Positions 48,421 to 52,253 of a stretch of DNA of 52,253 nt are shown piece by piece (position 1 is the first letter of the stretch; each line of letters begins with the position of its first letter). Position numbers and translations under genes: made by a program. The stretch covers positions 1 to 52,253 of the forward strand of contig NIVC01004272.1 in NCBI GenBank assembly GCA_002269645.1. The letters run 5' to 3'. A model generated the notes under the pieces. That model did no database searches and had not been told where the DNA came from. It saw only the letters and a program-made list of their open reading frames with translations. The DNA is from Macrostomum lignano. Lineage: Eukaryota.

Positions 48421-51400
48421 ATGGACTCCGTGTCCGCCACCGGTCTCACCGGAAGCTCTGAGGACGCCGACAGCGCCGAATGCGTCGCTGCCAGCGCTGG
48501 CATCAGCTCGAGCACCGTCCGACAGTCCGGCAACTTTGGCCGCCTCGACCTGAGCGGGCCGCCGCTTCCGACCGAAGAAGACCCGCTGGATTTTGCCTAC
48601 TTCACGGGGGTGGCGCCGAAGTTTGGGTCCACCAAGTGCCTTATCCTGCAGCTGAGAGACATGGCCAATCCGTACAAGGGGATGCCATTTCGCATCACGC
48701 ACTGCCACTCGGAGTTCAAGACTCACCCTGAGGCGTGCCTGTTGAACGAGAGAACTCACGCTGTCCGGGTTGAGTCCATTGATTCGGACACTCTGCCGCC
48801 GGAGCTGAGCGATGTCAAAAATTTGTGAGCAGTTAATTTGAGAAGTCGTTAATTATGAATTATGAATGAAGATAAACAGATGCACGGGAAAATTGCATTA
48901 CAATCTGCTACATTTGTGTAAATCCTACAAGATCTGATATAATAGCACCACTAGACCTCCGTAGATCACATTCAATTGCAGACATATTAGATCACAGCAG
49001 ATCACAGCAGATTACAGCAGATGAGAGAAGATCACAGCAGATCACAGCAGATCACAGCAGGGCACAGCAGGGCACAGCAGGGCACAGCAGGGCACAGCAG
49101 GGCACAGCAGGGCACAGCAGGGCACAGCAGGGCACAGCAGGGCACAGCAGGGCACAGCAGGGCACAGCAGGGCACAGCAGGGCACAGCAGGGCACAGCAG
49201 GGCACAGCAGGGCACAGCAGATCACAACAGATCGCAGCAGATCACAGCAGATCACAGCAGATCACAGCAGATCACAGCAGATCACAGCAGATCACAGCAG
49301 ATCCCAGCAGATCACAGCAGATCACAGCAGATCACAGCAGATCACACAGTCGTCAAGCTCCCAACCGGCTGCCCCGCAGATATCGCATCACATTTCGGCA
49401 CGGCGCATTCGAATGGCGAGTCATCCGAACCTGGAAGCGGAAAGAGGTTGTCAACCTTCTTGGCATGCTGGGAATCCCGCTGCTGTACAATCTGAGGCAG
49501 CGGGCGCACAGGAGCCACCATAACCACGTGCACCACCACCCGCATCAGCAACATCAGCAACAGCAAGAGCAACAACAAGAGCAGCAGCAGAGAAGCCAGG
49601 ACCAGCAGCAGAAGCAGTTTCAGCGCGAGTACCGACAGAGCCAGCTGTACCAGCAATTCCAAAATTTCCAGACCAACGAGCAGAATCGCTACCTGCCAGT
49701 TGACAGCGGGAACGCGGATGAGCGAACCGTTACGAATGTTGCAGACTCAGCGCCTCAGCGTAGGAATTCTCTGTTGTCAATGTCTACATCTGATGGGGGC
49801 TGCGAGACTTCGGTGAGGGGCTTGACAATTTTTCTTATACTTCAGAGATTTCTAACTATAATTTGGCATTTACTTTCAGGGAAATGCTAGCAATTCACTC
49901 CCGTGAAGACCCGCTTACTTCGCAAGCTCAAAGATTCAATTTCGCATCATTGAGATCATGACCTGACTTCATCTGGAGCTGGGGTGGGCAAAGTTCTCAA
50001 GGGCCTAATAAAAATCCAGCTCATGGCTAGGGGGCAGATGAAAGAGAGAAGAGAAGAGGAGAGGAGAGGAGAGGAGAGGAGAGAGAGAGGAGAGGAGAGG
50101 AGAGGAGGAGGAGGAGAGGAGAGGAGAGGAGGAGAAAGGGAGAGGAGAGGAGAGGAGAGGAGAGAGAGGAGAGGAGAGGAGAGGAGAGGAGAGGAGAGGA
50201 GAGGAGAGAGGAGAGGAGAGGAAAGGAGAGGAAAGGAGAGGAGAGGAGAGAGAGAGAGGAAAGGAGAGGAAGGAGAGGAGAGGAGAGAGAGGAGAGGAGA
50301 GGAGAGGAGAGGAAGGAGAGGAGACGAGAGGAGACGAGAGGAGAGGAGAGGAGAGGAGAGGAGAGGAGAGGAGAGGAGGAGAGAGAAGAGAGGAAAGGAG
50401 AGGAGAGGAGAGCAGAGGAGAGGAGAGGAGAGGAGAGGAGGAGAGGAGAGGAAGGAAGAGAGAGGAGAGGAGAGAGAGGAGAGGAGAGGAGAGGAGAGGA
50501 GAGGAGAGGAGAGGAGAGGAGAGGAGAGGAGAGGAGAGGAGAGGAGAGGAGAGGAGAGGAGAGGAGAGGAGAGGAGAGGAGAGAGAGGAGAGGAGAGGAG
50601 AGGAGAGGAGAGGAGAGGAGAGGAGAGGAGAGGAGAGACGAGAGAGGAGACGAGAGAGGAGAGGAGAGAGGAGAGGAGAGAGGAGAGGAGAGGGAGTGCA
50701 GATATAAGGGAAGGAGAGTGGGAAGAGACATGAACTTGAGCGGGCAGGACACAGAGGCTTCGCGGGCCCTGATCTAGAGGAATTAAGGACGGTGTAACGA
50801 AGCTTGTGAAAGCAACTCTCCTCCCTGCGACGGACTTAAATGACTGAGCACTACAAAGTATTCGCACTATGTGCTTTTCTTACACAGGAAAAGGTTGTCC
50901 TCAGCGAGATTAACGCCATGCTAAGGCGGCTTGAAACGCATGAGACGACCCATGGAGACTCGATCATGAATCCGGCTATTGTAAGTGCGCCAAAGGCTCC
51001 AATTGTAGTGTTAGAAAACTTAACCAGCGATACACTCCAGTGCGTAGATATATTGACAGCAGAATCAACCGCAACGAAAAAAGCGCCCTTTCTATCTGAA
51101 TAGAACTTTCTTGATACCATACTTACAGTAGAAACCACTGAATATTACACAAAAAATATAAACTTATCAAGTTCTCTACTTATAGTAGATATATCAATAA
51201 AATATGTTAAAATTAATTTAATAATATGTACGCTCGTTTATACAATTCTGAACTGTGCGCTACAAGTAGTGATTAGAAGATTGTAGTATAGTGATAATAA
51301 AATAACTGTATGAGTAATTTGAAATGCAAAACTATGGAATAATATGAGTGACACTAACAATTAAGAAATAGTAAAATCCTTTTCATTTATCCTACAGTTG

Positions 51401-51531
51401 AAATTTCTCGGCGTATCGCGATTAACCTTTGTGGAGGATGCCGGGCCCAGCCTGTGGGAGGGCGAAGTCAACCTGCGCCTGCTGCGGAACAATTGCCCGC
51501 AGTCATACTTCCGTAGCAAGACTAGGAAGGC
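48421..51531 (+). CDS. PLD: Phospholipase D (PLD1/2 family) N-terminal PX-PH region, 3'-incomplete. Exons 48421-48824, 49350-49812, 50888-50980, 51398-51531.
   Basis: RYRITFRHGAFEWRVIRTWK resembles PLD1 [44 protein letters not shown] resembles [24 protein letters not shown] (both from memory). Donors GTGAGC 48825, GTGAGG 49813, GTAAGT 50981 and GTGAGT 51532 give consistent phases (2,0,0,2). The start codon and exon 2 acceptor are less certain. Confidence 0.75.
48990..49349. repeat. 10-bp repeat (ATCACAGCAG / GGCACAGCAG) in PLD intron 1, running into the acceptor
   Basis: Tandem periodicity; a block of GGC variants is flanked by ATC variants. Confidence 0.95.
50042..50695. repeat. (GAGAG)n polypurine tract in a PLD intron
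   Basis: Near-pure A/G pentamer repeat; triplex-prone. Confidence 0.96.
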
Positions 51532-51544
51532 GTGAGTCTAGCTA

Positions 51545-52253
<709 letters not shown>

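Noticed and set aside
49904-49906. In-frame TGA as selenocysteine or read-through in PLD
   Set aside because: A second TGA follows in the same frame, no SECIS is evident, and exon skipping already gives an open PLD frame.
49956-50867. ERRGE / LLSSP repeat ORFs
   Set aside because: Translations of the (GAGAG)n intronic tract.

Overview
Eukaryotic, intron-rich animal genomic DNA with GC-rich exons, AT-rich spacers and very many tandem repeats. The style suggests a flatworm such as Macrostomum, but that is inference only. Seven spliced or single-exon host genes can be built by hand with GT-AG junctions in consistent phase. (1) A 5'-incomplete mitochondrial-type IleRS with two 1-bp deletions in C runs. 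(2) An orphan class A GPCR whose start codon sits on a 4-nt coding exon. (3) An Ajuba/LIMD1/WTIP-family LIM protein. (4) A vesicular GABA/glycine transporter whose 7.5-kb intron holds a young, 5'-truncated RT-RNase H LINE inserted into a minisatellite. (5, 6) A head-to-head pair, calcyphosine-like and IFT22, with an RFX X-box between them. (7) The 5' part of a phospholipase D. Most long introns and several post-stop regions carry their own minisatellite, and several of these units mimic splice sites. Also present are two tRNA-headed SINE families (one with a MIR/CORE-like domain), two inverted-repeat structures, and two satellite arrays with higher-order duplications. There is no CRISPR array or prokaryotic system. 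Most ORFs in the supplied track are repeat artefacts.
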